Assembly: GCA_002269645.1 (NCBI GenBank)
Contig: NIVC01000690.1
Location: forward strand, 1-64,000
Direction of reading: 5' to 3'
Source: Macrostomum lignano
Lineage: Eukaryota
Length of the DNA: 64,000 bases
Shown here: piece after piece, positions 1-13,428 of the stretch
How the letters are laid out: every line of letters starts with the position of its first letter
Position numbering within the stretch: the first letter of the stretch is position 1
Translations under genes and position numbers: made by a program
The notes under the pieces: generated by a model
Told to the model about the DNA's origin: nothing
What the model saw: only the letters and a program-made list of their open reading frames with translations
Databases searched by the model: none

Positions 1-3000
1 TCTGATCTCGCCGCTGCATCCGTCATTTGGTTCACTTGCTGCTCACAAGCCGCAGCAGCAGCAGCCGCTATCCGTGCAGGCAGTCAGTCTCTTTGTGAAT
101 TTTCTGGTGGATCTGAAGAAAACCCGTCCGGCACAGGATTAAAGAGAAAGAGACGATCTGTTTTGGGTGAGTATTATCTGCTGTAGAAGTATTGTACACC
201 AGAGTACTTGTGTTACTTGGTAGAGCACAATTCAAAAGCAATGCAACAATCTCAGTGGCATTGTTGGGACACAAGCTACAAACGCATTGAATAGTAAACA
301 CAGCCCAGCCTAGCTCAAGGCTAGTAATTTGTTGGGCATTTATTGGGACATTGCAGCCAGGCCTATTTTTTGAACAGCATTTGTTGGGTCGCACTTATTG
401 GGACAATACTGATTCTAATCGCGACTACTTCTGAGTTCTGACTTTTCAAAACAGACCCAGCATTAGTTGAACACGTTCTATTAAAGGGTTCCTTTATAGC
501 CTATTAATGATTACTAAAGCAAGCCTATCTTAATTGATTTCTTTTCCTCGCAGATTCTGAAGTCAGCCACGCCAGCGACATGCCTAAGAGACAAGAATGC
601 GCTTTAACGATCAGCAGCGAGCATTCTGATCTCGCCGCTGCATCCGTCATTTGGTTCACTTGCTGCTCACAAGCCGCAGCAGCAGCAGCCGCTATCCGTG
701 CAGGCAGTCAGTCTATTTGTGAATTTTCTGGTGGATCTGAAGAAAACCCGTCCGGCACAGGATTAAAGAGAAAGAGACGATCTGTTTTGGGTGAGTATTA
801 TCTGCTGTAGAAGTATTGTACACCAGAGTACTTGTGTTACTTGGTAGAGCACAATTCAAAAGCAATGCAACAATCTCAGTGGCATTGTTGGGACACAAGC
901 TACAAACGCATTGAATAGTAAACACAGCCCAGCCTAGCTCAAGGCTAGTAATTTGTTGGGCATTTATTGGGACATTGCAGCCAGGCCTATTTTTTGAACA
1001 GCATTTGTTGGGTCGCACTTATTGGGACAATACTGATTCTAATCGCGACTACTTCTGAGTTCTGACTTTTCAAAACAGACCCAGCATTAGTTGAACACGT
1101 TCTATTAAAGGGTTCCTTTATAGCCTATTAATGATTACTAAAGCAAGCCTATCTTAATTGATTTCTTTTCCTCGCAGATTCTGAAGTCAGCCACGCCAGC
1201 GACATGCCTAAGAGACAAGAATGCGCTTTAACGATCAGCAGCGAGCATTCTGATCTCGCCGCTGCATCCGTCATTTGGTTCACTTGCTGCTCACAAGCCG
1301 CAGCAGCAGCAGCCGCTATCCGTGCAGGCAGTCAGTCTATTTGTGAATTTTCTGGTGGATCTGAAGAAAACCCGTCCGGCACAGGATTAAAGAGAAAGAG
1401 ACGATCTGTTTTGGGTGAGTATTATCTGCTGTAGAAGTATTGTACACCAGAGTACTTGTGTTACTTGGTAGAGCACAATTCAAAAGCAATGCAACAATCT
1501 CAGTGGCATTGTTGGGACACAAGCTACAAACGCATTGAATAGTAAACACAGCCCAGCCTAGCTCAAGGCTAGTAATTTGTTGGGCATTTATTGGGACATT
1601 GCAGCCAGGCCTATTTTTTGAACAGCATTTGTTGGGTCGCACTTATTGGGACAATACTGATTCTAATCGCGACTACTTCTGAGTTCTGACTTTTCAAAAC
1701 AGACCCAGCATTAGTTGAACACGTTCTATTAAAGGGTTCCTTTATAGCCTATTAATGATTACTAAAGCAAGCCTATCTTAATTGATTTCTTTTCCTCGCA
1801 GATTCTGAAGTCAGCCACGCCAGCGACATGCCTAAGAGACAAGAATGCGCTTTAACGATCAGCAGCGAGCATTCTGATCTCGCCGCTGCATCCGTCATTT
1901 GGTTCACTTGCTGCTCACAAGCCGCAGCAGCAGCAGCCGCTATCCGTGCAGGCAGTCAGTCTCTTTGTGAATTTTCTGGTGGATCTGAAGAAAACCCGTC
2001 CGGCACAGGATTAAAGAGAAAGAGACGATCTGTTTTGGGTGAGTATTATCTGCTGTAGAAGTATTGTACACCAGAGTACTTGTGTTACTTGGTAGAGCAC
2101 AATTGAAAAGCAATGCAACAATCTCAGTGGCATTGTTGGGACACAAGCTACAAACGCATTGAATAGTAAACACAGCCCAGCCTAGCTCAAGGCTAGTAAT
2201 TTGTTGGGCATTTATTGGGACATTGCAGCCAGGCCTATTTTTTGAACAGCATTTGTTGGGTCGCACTTATTGGGACAATACTGATTCTAATCGCGACTAC
2301 TTCTGAGTTCTGACTTTTCAAAACAGACCCAGCATTAGTTGAACACGTTCTATTAAAGGGTTCCTTTATAGCCTATTAATGATTACTAAAGCAAGCCTAT
2401 CTTAATTGATTTCTTTTCCTCGCAGATTCTGAAGTCAGCCACGCCAGCGACATGCCTAAGAGACAAGAATGCGCTTTAACGATCAGCAGCGAGCATTCTG
2501 ATCTCGCCGCTGCATCCGTCATTTGGTTCACTTGCTGCTCACAAGCCGCAGCAGCAGCAGCCGCTATCCGTGCAGGCAGTCAGTCTCTTTGTGAATTTTC
2601 TGGTGGATCTGAAGAAAACCCGTCCGGCACAGGATTAAAGAGAAAGAGACGATCTGTTTTGGGTGAGTATTATCTGCTGTAGAAGTATTGTACACCAGAG
2701 TACTTGTGTTACTTGGTAGAGCACAATTCAAAAGCAATGCAACAATCTCAGTGGCATTGTTGGGACACAAGCTACAAACGCATTGAATAGTAAACACAGC
2801 CCAGCCTAGCTCAAGGCTAGTAATTTGTTGGGCATTTATTGGGACATTGCAGCCAGGCCTATTTTTTGAACAGCATTTGTTGGGTCGCACTTATTGGGAC
2901 AATACTGATTCTAATCGCGACTACTTCTGAGTTCTGACTTTTCAAAACAGACCCAGCATTAGTTGAACACGTTCTATTAAAGGGTTCCTTTATAGCCTAT

Positions 3001-5670
3001 TAATGATTACTAAAGCAAGCCTATCTTAATTGATTTCTTTTCCTCGCAGATTCTGAAGTCAGCCACGCCAGCGACATGCCTAAGAGACAAGAATGCGCTT
3101 TAACGATCAGCAGCGAGCATTCTGATCTCGCCGCTGCATCCGTCATTTGGTTCACTTGCTACTCACAAGCCGCAGCAGCAGCAGCCGCTATCCGTGCAGG
3201 CAGTCAGTCTCTTTGTGAATTTTCTGGTGGATCTGAAGAAAACCCGTCCGGCACAGGATTAAAGAGAAAGAGACGATCTGTTTTGGGTGAGTATTATCTG
3301 CTGTAGAAGTATTGTACACCAGAGTACTTGTGTTACTTGGTAGAGCACAATTGAAAAGCAATGCAACAATCTCAGTGGCATTGTTGGGACACAAGCTACA
3401 AACGCATTGAATAGTAAACACAGCCCAGCCTAGCTCAAGGCTAGTAATTTGTTGGGCATTTATTGGGACATTGCAGCCAGGCCTATTTTTTGAACAGCAT
3501 TTGTTGGGTCGCACTTATTGGGACAATACTGATTCTAATCGCGACTACTTCTGAGTTCTGACTTTTCAAAACAGACCCAGCATTAGTTGAACACGTTCTA
3601 TTAAAGGGTTCCTTTATAGCCTATTAATGATTACTAAAGGCAAGCCTATCTTAATTGATTTCTTTTCCTCGCAGATTCTGAAGTCAGCCACGCCAGCGAC
3701 ATGCCTAAGAGACAAGAATGCGCTTTAACGATCAGCAGCGAGCATTCTGATCTCGCCGCTGCATCCGTCATTTGGTTCACTTGCTGCTCACAAGCCGCAG
3801 CAGCAGCAGCCGCTATCCGTGCAGGCAGTCAGTCTATTTGTGAATTTTCTGGTGGATCTGAAGAAAACCCGTCCGGCACAGGATTAAAGAGAAAGAGACG
3901 ATCTGTTTTGGGTGAGTATTATCTGCTGTAGAAGTATTGTACACCAGAGTACTTGTGTTACTTGGTAGAGCACAATTCAAAAGCAATGCAACAATCTCAG
4001 TGGCATTGTTGGGACACAAGCTACAAACGCATTGAATAGTAAACACAGCCCAGCCTAGCTCAAGGCCAGTAATTTGTTGGGCATTTATTGGGACATTGCA
4101 GCCAGGCCTATTTTTTGAACAGCATTTGTTGGGTCGCACTTATTGGGACAATACTGATTCTAATCGCGACTACTTCTGAGTTCTGACTTTTCAAAACAGA
4201 CCCAGCATTAGTTGAACACGTTCTATTAAAGGGTTCCTTTATAGCCTATTAATGATTACTAAAGGCAAGCCTATCTTAATTGATTTCTTTTCCTCGCAGA
4301 TTCTGAAGTCAGCCACGCCAGCGACATGCCTAAGAGACAAGAATGCGCTTTAACGATCAGCAGCGAGCATTCTGATCTCGCCGCTGCATCCGTCATTTGG
4401 TTCACTTGCTGCTCACAAGCCGCAGCAGCAGCAGCCGCTATCCGTGCAGGCAGTCAGTCTCTTTGTGAATTTTCTGGTGGATCTGAAGAAAACCCGTCCG
4501 GCACAGGATTAAAGAGAAAGAGACGATCTGTTTTGGGTGAGTATTATCTGCTGTAGAAGTATTGTACACCAGAGTACTTGTGTTACTTGGTAGAGCACAA
4601 TTGAAAAGCAATGCAACAATCTCAGTGGCATTGTTGGGACACAAGCTACAAACGCATTGAATAGTAAACACAGCCCAGCCTAGCTCAAGGCTAGTAATTT
4701 GTTGGGCATTTATTGGGACATTGCAGCCAGGCCTATTTTTTGAACAGCATTTGTTGGGTCGCACTTATTGGGACAATACTGATTCTAATCGCGACTACTT
4801 CTGAGTTCTGACTTTTCAAAACAGACCCAGCATTAGTTGAACACGTTCTATTAAAGGGTTCCTTTATAGCCTATTAATGATTACTAAAGGCAAGCCTATC
4901 TTAATTGATTTCTTTTCCTCGCAGATTCTGAAGTCAGCCACGCCAGCGACATGCCTAAGAGACAAGAATGCGCTTTAACGATCAGCAGCGAGCATTCTGA
5001 TCTCGCCGCTGCATCCGTCATTTGGTTCACTTGCTGCTCACAAGCCGCAGCAGCAGCAGCCGCTATCCGTGCAGGCAGTCAGTCTATTTGTGAATTTTCT
5101 GGTGGATCTGAAGAAAACCCGTCCGGCACAGGATTAAAGAGAAAGAGACGATCTGTTTTGGGTGAGTATTATCTGCTGTAGAAGTATTGTACACCAGAGT
5201 ACTTGTGTTACTTGGTAGAGCACAATTCAAAAGCAATGCAACAATCTCAGTGGCATTGTTGGGACACAAGCTACAAACGCATTGAATAGTAAACACAGCC
5301 CAGCCTAGCTCAAGGCTAGTAATTTGTTGGGCATTTATTGGGACATTGCAGCCAGGCCTATTTTTTGAACAGCATTTGTTGGGTCGCACTTATTGGGACA
5401 ATACTGATTCTAATCGCGACTACTTCTGAGTTCTGACTTTTCAAAACAGACCCAGCATTAGTTGAACACGTTCTATTAAAGGGTTCCTTTATAGCCTATT
5501 AATGATTACTAATGCAAGCCTATCTTAATTGATTTCTTTTCCTCGCAGATTCTGAAGTCAGCAACGCCAGCGACATGCCTAAGAGACAAGAATGCGCTTT
5601 AACGATCAGCAGTGAGCATTCTGATCTCGCCGCTGCATCCGTCATTTGGTTCACTTGCTGCTCACAAGCC

Positions 5671-5712
<42 letters not shown>

Positions 5713-5736
5713 GCTATCTGTGCAGCAGTCAGTTAA
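1..5736 (+). repeat. 624/625-bp tandem array, 8 complete units plus a partial first unit (array runs off the window) and a divergent terminal unit
   Basis: The same ORF start recurs at 580, 1204, 1828, 2452, 3076, 3701, 4326, 4951 and 5575. Units differ by only a few SNPs and one 1-bp indel. Confidence 0.98.
1..5736 (+). CDS. Putative tandem-exon repeat protein (79-aa unit with poly-Ala and a KRKRR NLS-like motif), 5' end outside the window
   Basis: Each unit has TTTTCCTCGCAG| and G|GTGAGT, giving exons 554-790, 1178-1414, 1802-2038, 2426-2662, 3050-3286, 3675-3911, 4300-4536 and 4925-5161 (237 nt, phase 1-1, no stops). Terminal exon from 5549 ends in TAA at 5734-5736, with AATAAA at 5857. 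No homology recognised and no expression evidence. Confidence 0.35.
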
Positions 5737-5940
5737 TTCATGAGTTTTTTGGCGGAGCTGGTTATTTTTTTAATTTTCTGAATCGAGAAGCCGATTAACT
5801 GCTGTGTGCTTCACTGGAATATTATTTAGAGGACGCATTTTTTGCAGTCTGTTTCTAATAAAATCCGGTGCAATGACCGCGGTAGAGCTCTAGCATTTGC
5901 TTTTTATAGTATTTGTGTATATTCTTTTTCAAGCTATGCT

Positions 5941-6187
5941 GGAATTGTTGGGACAGCCCTATCCACACTGGCTATGGTGGAATTGTTGGGACAGCCCTTT
6001 CCACACTGGCTATGGTTGAATTGTTGGGACAGCCCTATCCACACTGGCTATGGTGGAATTGTTGGGACAGCCCTTTCCACACTGGCTATGGTTGAATTGT
6101 TGGGACAGCCCTATCCACACTGGCTATGGTGGAATTGTTGGGACAGCCCTATCCACACTGGCTATGGTGAAATTGTTGGGACAGCCC
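5941..6187. repeat. 38-bp minisatellite, about 6.5 copies
   Basis: Unit GGAATTGTTGGGACAGCCCTATCCACACTGGCTATGGT starting at 5941, 5979, 6017, 6055, 6093, 6131 and 6169. Confidence 0.95.
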
Positions 6188-8317
6188 CATACTATAGTGT
6201 GTGCTGGCTTCTGCTATAGTGTGGTTCATTTCCGCATCCTTTTACGTAGCATTCTGTGGGTCCGAATAGCTGACATGTACCTTTTGAGTAATTCTAGTGA
6301 TTGTGTCATAATCAATAAAGTACATTTTTATGAACAGTGGAGTTTCGCTACAGAATTGTTTTTTCCCAGTGGCACTAAATGTAGCAAATTTTGTTTATTC
6401 AGATCGTAAAATTTTTTTGATATGTGTCAATGTCGTTTGTCTTCGATAACCTTAAAGTCCCTTGCCATTTACCATCCTGTCTTCTATAATCTATGATCGC
6501 TGAAATTATCTGGTGAAATTTGACGCGCTGATATTATTGCCTTAGTGGAATTCAGCAAGACACCAGGGTTTTTTAATTCTGTTTTAGACAAGTATACATG
6601 TACAATCTGTTGTGAGTTCAATGCACCTCGAAAAATGCTTTCCAACTGTTTTCAGTAAGCCAAAAGCATGTTGTCAATAAAAATCTATTTGGTGGGTTGA
6701 AAATTGCCTGTGTGGGGACGTGTGTGTGTGTGATTTTTCGTGTGTCGGAGCAGTCCCAATATGTGCAAGTTTTTGCACACTTGGCCAATAAGTGCCTCGT
6801 GCACGTTTGTGTGTGTGTGTGTGTGTGTCTTCTTTGACGGACAGGCAAGTGGCGTTGTTTGGGGTGGATGGATTCGGGAGGGGGGTTAGCTGACAGGCAC
6901 TGCTAAGCAAATGCTTCTGCAACCAGCCTGGAGTGTTTGTGTGTGGTGTGGAGTACCCTAGTGTGAAGAGCTGCAGGGGCTGAGCAACTGAGCAACTGAG
7001 CAACTGAGTAGATTGCGGGGTGCCTAAAGCCTAACAGTGCCTAATACCGCACAGAGAGAGAGAGAGATTGTCTTGAGCTGTCGAAGCTTTATAGCTGATT
7101 GCTGCTGCTGCTGCTAAGACCAAGATTGCTTTATAATAGAAGAGTATAAAACTGAGCTTATAGGCTCTAAGGAGGGGTGTGAGAGCGGAGGTGGAGGGGA
7201 ATTTCGGCAGGCAGTGTCGACCAGGCGCTTGTCTGCGCGCGCTCGGTGTGGTGGTCCTCTTCTTTTTCTCTTTTGCTGACGTCTCTCTCGGTTAAACAAA
7301 TTTTGCTGCTCTTCAAATTTCTTCTTCTGGCTATGGCTCAATACTGCTTGATTATTATTATATCTCTTTATAAGTTATTAGAGACTTCGATTAGTTAGGG
7401 TTCGCAACTGCAGACTTGCGCCTCGGTCTGCTGAACTATGTGAAATTTCGTAGCCTTTTTCGACCAAATCTTCCTACTTGCTTCCTTCGTCCCACTAGCC
7501 AGCTCCCTGCTTTTATATCATTTTCCCAATGAAAAAAACCTCATTCTCTCTTCTCTTTCTAGCTCTGCCTCTGCCCTGCTTCACTCCTCTCGACTCTCGC
7601 TCCTCAATTCAGAACCAATTGTTGTAGAAAATTAGGCCCAAGGCCATATACAGACAGACCCGCGGTCAAGTCGAGAGAGAACTTCAAGGCAGGAGAGTGT
7701 CGGTCGGTCGGTCGGGCACACAGACAGGAGGGGAACTCAATTTGAGCTAGGCGGGGCATGACTGTGCTTTTCGAAAATGGTTCGGCAGATATAAGAAGCA
7801 GAAATAAAAAAAAGAATTTTCCTCCCTCCCTCCTAAGAGAGAAAAAGCAACTGGCACCGCGGGGATGGACCTTGCTGGCTTGCCCCGAAAAAAAAGCATC
7901 AATCAGAGGCAAGGACTTTCTTTTCTCGACTGGCCAGAGAGCTTCCAACAGAAAATACAATCACTTAGATCAATAAGGAGGAAGCTGATTATATTAGTGG
8001 ATACGCCTGGAACTGCCAAACTTGGGGTGTGCCGTGGGACTGGGGGTCCAACAGGCTAGTTAGTTAGCTTGGTATAAAGAGGATTTCGAGGGAAAAGGGA
8101 AAAGAAACGATCCTACCGTCTTTAAATCTACTTGCGATAGAGAAAATCGTATAAAAGTTATATTGAACTAGTTTAAAATCCGATTAAATTTGCGGCGTTT
8201 TACTACTTACTAGTAGGACATTTTGGAATTTCGATGGCACCAATTCGTAGGAATTAAGTGTTGTGAATCTTTTAAGGGAATTTTTATTAAATTTAAGTTT
8301 ATAAGTCAGAGAAAGAA

Positions 8318-9190
8318 AGATCAGGAAGGAAATCTAAGTAGGTCATCAGGAAGGGCCAAGTAGGTCAGGAAGGAAGGCCAAATAGGTCATCAAGGAAGAC
8401 CAAGTAGGTCATCAAAGAAGGCCAAATAGGTCAGGAAGGAAGGCCAAGTAGGTCAGGAAGGAAGGCCAAGTAGGTGAGGAAGGAAGGCCAAGTAGGTCAG
8501 GAAGGAAGACCAAGTAGGTCAGGAAGGAAGGCCAAGTAGGTCAGGAAGGAAGGCCAAGTAGGTCAGGAAGGAAGGAAGGCCAAATAGGTCAGGAAGGAAG
8601 ACCAAGTAGGTCAGGAAGGAAGGCCAAGTAGGTCAGGAAGGAAGACCAAGTAGGTCAGGAAGGAAGACCAAGTAGGTCAGGAAGGAAGGCCTAGTAGGTC
8701 AGGAAGGAAGACCAAGTAGGTCAGGAAGGAAGGCCAAGTAGGTCAGGAAGGAAGGCCAAGTAGGTCAGGAAGGAAGGAAGGCCAAATAGGTCAGGAAAGA
8801 AAGCCAAGTGGGTCAGGAAAGAAAGCCAAGTAGGTCAGGAAAGAAAGCCAAGTGGGTCAGGAAAGAAAGCCAAGTAGGTCAGGAAAGAAAGCCAAGTGGG
8901 TCAGGAAAGAAAGCCAAGTAGGTCAGGAAAGAAAGCCAAGTGGGTCAGGAAAGAAAGCCAAGTAGGTCAGGAAAGAAAGCCAAGTGGGTCAGGAAAGAAA
9001 GCCAAGTAGGTCAGGAAAGAAAGCCAAGTGGGTCAGGAAGGAAGCCAAGTTGGTCAGGAAAGAAAGCCAAGTGGGTCAGGAAAGAAAGCCAAGTAGGTCA
9101 GGAAAGAAAGCCAAGTGGGTCAGGAAAGAAAGCCAAGTAGGTCAGGAAAGAAAGCCAAGTGGGTCAGGAAGGAAGCCAAGTTGGTCAGGA
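8318..9190. repeat. 22-bp purine-rich minisatellite
   Basis: GGTCAGGAAGGAAGGCCAAGTA grading into GGTCAGGAAAGAAAGCCAAGTG. Confidence 0.95.
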
Positions 9191-11465
9191 GAAACAACTA
9201 ACTGTGTTGTGTTTAACGCTACAGCTTGAAGCTCAGGGTCTGTAACTTTATTTGAATAAAAATGTTTTCAATTCTCAAGCTCAATGACACATAGCAGCAG
9301 CAGCAGGTTCAGTTGAAGCGCCAAGGTATTGAAGGTACTCAGATACTGCCATATCTAATCAGAAAATTTCGGCGGTACAAGATCAAAGGTTCCAAATGAG
9401 AGGTCACGCAGATTCGAATAAGAAAGAAACGATAGCTTCAAAATAAATCTCAACACTGCTACATACTTACCAATGAGTCCGAGCTCTTGACAGCTGTAGA
9501 GGACAACATTTTATTTCCTCAGAAATGTGTTGGTTGGTCTTTGCTAGAACAACTTTGGTCGGTAATAAAAGCGTTAGAAAATCGCCTATATAGCAATCAA
9601 TGCCTTTCTGATCTATAAAGTGAATATATATGGGCCTATATAGTTGTGACGTAATTTGTACAGTTGATGTACACCTGCACTTTGATGCGTGCCGGGCGCG
9701 TACACAACACCTCGCTATAGGCTTGTTGGGAATCGATTCAAATAGATATAGACTTTGTAGGAATGCAGTGTGCGGACAACAGCAAGCCTATAGCTATAGC
9801 CAGCTGAGAGAGGACTGACAGGTCTTCAAATCTATGCAAACCTAACGACTATCCTAATAAATCATGGAGCTGCAGTGCGCGTACTGAGTGGGGGTCTTGG
9901 CTATGCTTATACTGCTATATATCTTAGCTGCCTGCCTCTTTAGACTAGTTCGTTGGGCTACAAGGAGGCCCCGGGGTCCTTCCTTTTTAACACAAAAAGA
10001 CCACGGGAGGGGTTGCGTGGGCCTTTGGAGTGTTAGGAAGAGAGCGACAGAGAGAGAGAGGGGGTGGAGGAAGAGAGAAGTGAAGGAGGAAAATGGGCAA
10101 GGGAAAGAATTAAAGGGAGGGTCCCAACCCCGCGTGGAAAGACGGCGATTGTTGTGTGTGTACCGGGCCCACCGGAGTCTGTGGTGAACAAGTCTGGAGG
10201 AACTCTCTGAGGTGGGTAAAATCAAGGAGAGAAGGCCAAGTGGTTGGGAAGAGAGAGAGAGGAGAAAAGGTCGGGAGGTTGTGGTGGCCCGGAGCTTGGA
10301 AACGAAAAGCCGGCCACCTTCTTCAACCAATGCGCCATTGCCTCATCCTGTTACCCCCTCGTCTACCCCCCAAAAAGACGGAACGCCTGCTTGCTCTCAT
10401 TGAAGAGAAGAGCGCCCAAGACTCCTCAGACCAGCCTTACCCTAACTAGAGCTTGCTAACCCCCGCCCACCTAAAGTCACGGTCACATCCATGCTTTCGG
10501 AGATGCAAGGTAGACAGACAGGCAGACAGACAGTCGAGGCATTGGGTTGGGACACACTTTTTTAAAATAAGGTGAACCAAAGAGGGCGATCGACGGGGGT
10601 GGGGAGGGAGAAGAAAGGTTGAGACAGGAAGGCATAGGCTTGAGAAGTTGGAGCAAAAGTTAGTTAGTGGCTAAGAGCGCGATTCTCCTCACTGCGCTAA
10701 GCCTCTTTGCCATCAATTGGAGGAGAAAAAGTGAAGGAGAGATCGAGAGGGAAGCGGTGGGATGCAGCGCGCAGGCAAGCTGGCTGTAGGCAGAGAGACG
10801 TGAGCAGAATAGTCTCAAGGCTTCTAGTTGTGGGGAAAATTAAAAAAAGAAACGTCCCACACCTTTGGCCAAATGCCCACCGCGGCTCTAAAGTCACATC
10901 GCCCACAGAAAAAAACTGCAGGCAGGAAAGCCGCTAGCCAACAGCGACCGGTCAAGCTCCAAGCGTTTCCCAGATTCCTATATAAACGCTTCCCCTATAG
11001 AGAAAAAAGAAGTTTGTTCTTGGATCGGGTGCAGTGTTTGGATCGATTTTTGAGGAAAATAAAATGTCAACAATTCCCGTGTCTGCACAAGTGAGGCCTG
11101 AGGGGCACGCATCGATGAGGGTGATGGCTGAGAAAGACTCCCCAGTATTGAGAACGCACTTCGGGGAGATGCAGACTCTGCAACCACGGCTTCTTGATCG
11201 ATTTCCGGACAATTTTTTGCCCGCTGCTGCAAGCAAGCAAAGCACAGCAGCAAGAGGAGAGGGAGAGCGAGAAAGAAAGTAGGCTTAATGGAATGCAGTT
11301 TGCACCAGCCAATGAAGATTAAGATTTGTTTTCGATGAAATTTCGCCTTGTTCAAACTGTTCAACTAACCGCCCCGATCTCCTAAATTTCCAGTCTCGCA
11401 TTTCTGCATCTTTTAGACTTGACAGAGCTGGTACAGCCTGGGTACCGGAACTGCATGATTCACGA

Positions 11466-11812
11466 ACCGACTCTCTTCTCTGACAACCGACCCTCTTCTC
11501 TGACAACAGACTCTCTTCTCTGACAACCGACTCTCTTCTCTGACAACCGACTCTCTTCTCTGACAACCGACCCTCTTCTCTGACAACCGACTCTCTTCTC
11601 TGACAACCGACTCTCTTCTCTGACAACCTACTCCCTCTTATCAGGCAACAGACTCTCTTCTCTGACAACCGACTCTCTTCTCTGACAACCGACTCTCTTC
11701 TCTGACAACCTACTCCCTCTTATCAGGCAACAGACTCTCTTCTCTGACAACCGACTCTCTTCTCTGACAACCGACTTTCTCTTCCCTGACAACCGACTTT
11801 CTCTTCCCTGAC
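11466..11812. repeat. 20-bp minisatellite
   Basis: CCGACTCTCTTCTCTGACAA repeated. Confidence 0.93.
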
Positions 11813-12370
11813 CAACTTCGTAAACTCTCTGCCCCGACAACCAAATTCAACAGGCCTAACTAACTCCATTGAAAACGTTTCGCTCGAGTAGCTAACTAAA
11901 CCTAAACGCAATTTTAGCTCAGCAACAGAGAGCCAGCCTCCATGATGATGAGGGAATTGATTAGTTTTTCGTTCCCAGCCCTTCATCTTCTTCGTCTTAA
12001 GGTCTCTGGGATAAAAAATCTACAGAGGGAAAGCGATGGGGCAGTGGTGCAGAGTTGAAGACCGAGCCAAAGTCTACTGTTGCGACTCCAAATTGGGAAT
12101 TATTGATTTCCGTCTTATCTCGGCTTCCCCCCTCTCTCTATCTCATTTCTCCCTTTCTCCAAGAGAGGTTTCTACCAACCGGACTCCACTGGTGCAGGAT
12201 AGAATATATATATATTTATACTCTTATATACATACACATAAATCCAGTAAAGATCTCCACCCGCTCGTGCCAGAAATTCAATTGCCTGCTCGTTTCGCCG
12301 AGTTTTCAGGAGACCGTCGCTTCGAATAAGGGAGGGGCTGATGGGTTGGTGGCGGGTGCAATCATCGGCA

Positions 12371-12407
<37 letters not shown>

Positions 12408-12588
12408 CAAAAGCAGCGAGGTATGCGCGAGAAAGTGAAGGATAAATAAAATCCTTTAGTATTTTTTTCTATCCTTTATGTACGAACGAATCCACTGTGC
12501 TTAGGTCCTATAGGCAACCCTTTTTGGGCTTACTTGTTTACGCTTCCTTGATCTCTGGCCTGTCTTCTTCCGAGAAGAAGCTACTTAG

Positions 12589-12590
<2 letters not shown>

Positions 12591-12668
<78 letters not shown>
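12591..12668. repeat. (CT)n microsatellite
   Basis: Direct reading; a shorter (GA)n run lies at about 12377-12400. Confidence 0.97.
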
Positions 12669-12673
<5 letters not shown>

Positions 12674-12894
12674 GTCTTGTGTCGGAATCTCGACCTTCAG
12701 CACTCCTTTCACCTCTCGAATCTTTGCTCTCTGTCTCTCTCATCTGTGTTTATCTCTCGTGTTGTGTCCGCCTGCCTGTTCTTACTGTGTCTAAGTGCCT
12801 GTCCACGCGTATCTGTCTTTCTGCCTGTCTTTTTATGTCACCCTCTGTCTCCCCCTTTGTCATCTTTAGTTACCCCGTGTCACCGCCTACCCCG

Positions 12895-13428
12895 TGTCAC
12901 CCTCTATCAACCTCTATCACTCTCTGTCACCCTCTATCAACCTTTATCACTCTCTGTCACCCTCTATCAACCTCTATCACTCTCTGTCACCCTCTATCAA
13001 CCTCTATCACTCTCTGTCACCCTCTATCAACCTTTATGACCCTCTGTCACCCTCTATCAACCCTTATCCCCTGTGTCACCCTCTATCAACCTTTATCACT
13101 CTCTGTCACCCTCTATCAACCTTTATCACTCTCTGTCACCCTCTATCAACCTCTATAACCCTCTGTCACCCTCTATCAACCTTTATGACCCTCTGTCACC
13201 CTCTATCAACCCTTATCCCCTGTGTCACCCTCTATCAACCTCTATCACTCTCTGTCACCCTCTATCAACCTTTATCACTCTCTGTCACCCTCTATCAACC
13301 TCTATAACCCTCTGTCACCCTCTATCAACCTTTATCACTTTTTGTCACCCTCTATCAACCTTTTTCAGCCGCCGTCACCCTCTATTAACCTTTATCACCA
13401 TCTGTCACCCTCTATCAACCTTTTATGA
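12895..13428. repeat. 29-30-bp minisatellite built from three ~10-bp subunits
   Basis: CCCTCTATCAACCTCTATCACTCTCTGTCA repeated. Confidence 0.93.

Noticed and set aside
68-5389. Repeated 101-108 aa minus-strand ORFs (MRPNKCC...)
   Set aside because: They are antisense to the repeat unit, cross the plus-strand donor, change length with a single SNP and resemble no known protein.
1-6200. CRISPR array, 5S rDNA, SL RNA or snRNA tandem cluster
   Set aside because: There are no unique spacers between repeats and no recognisable 5S, SL or snRNA sequence; the context is eukaryotic.
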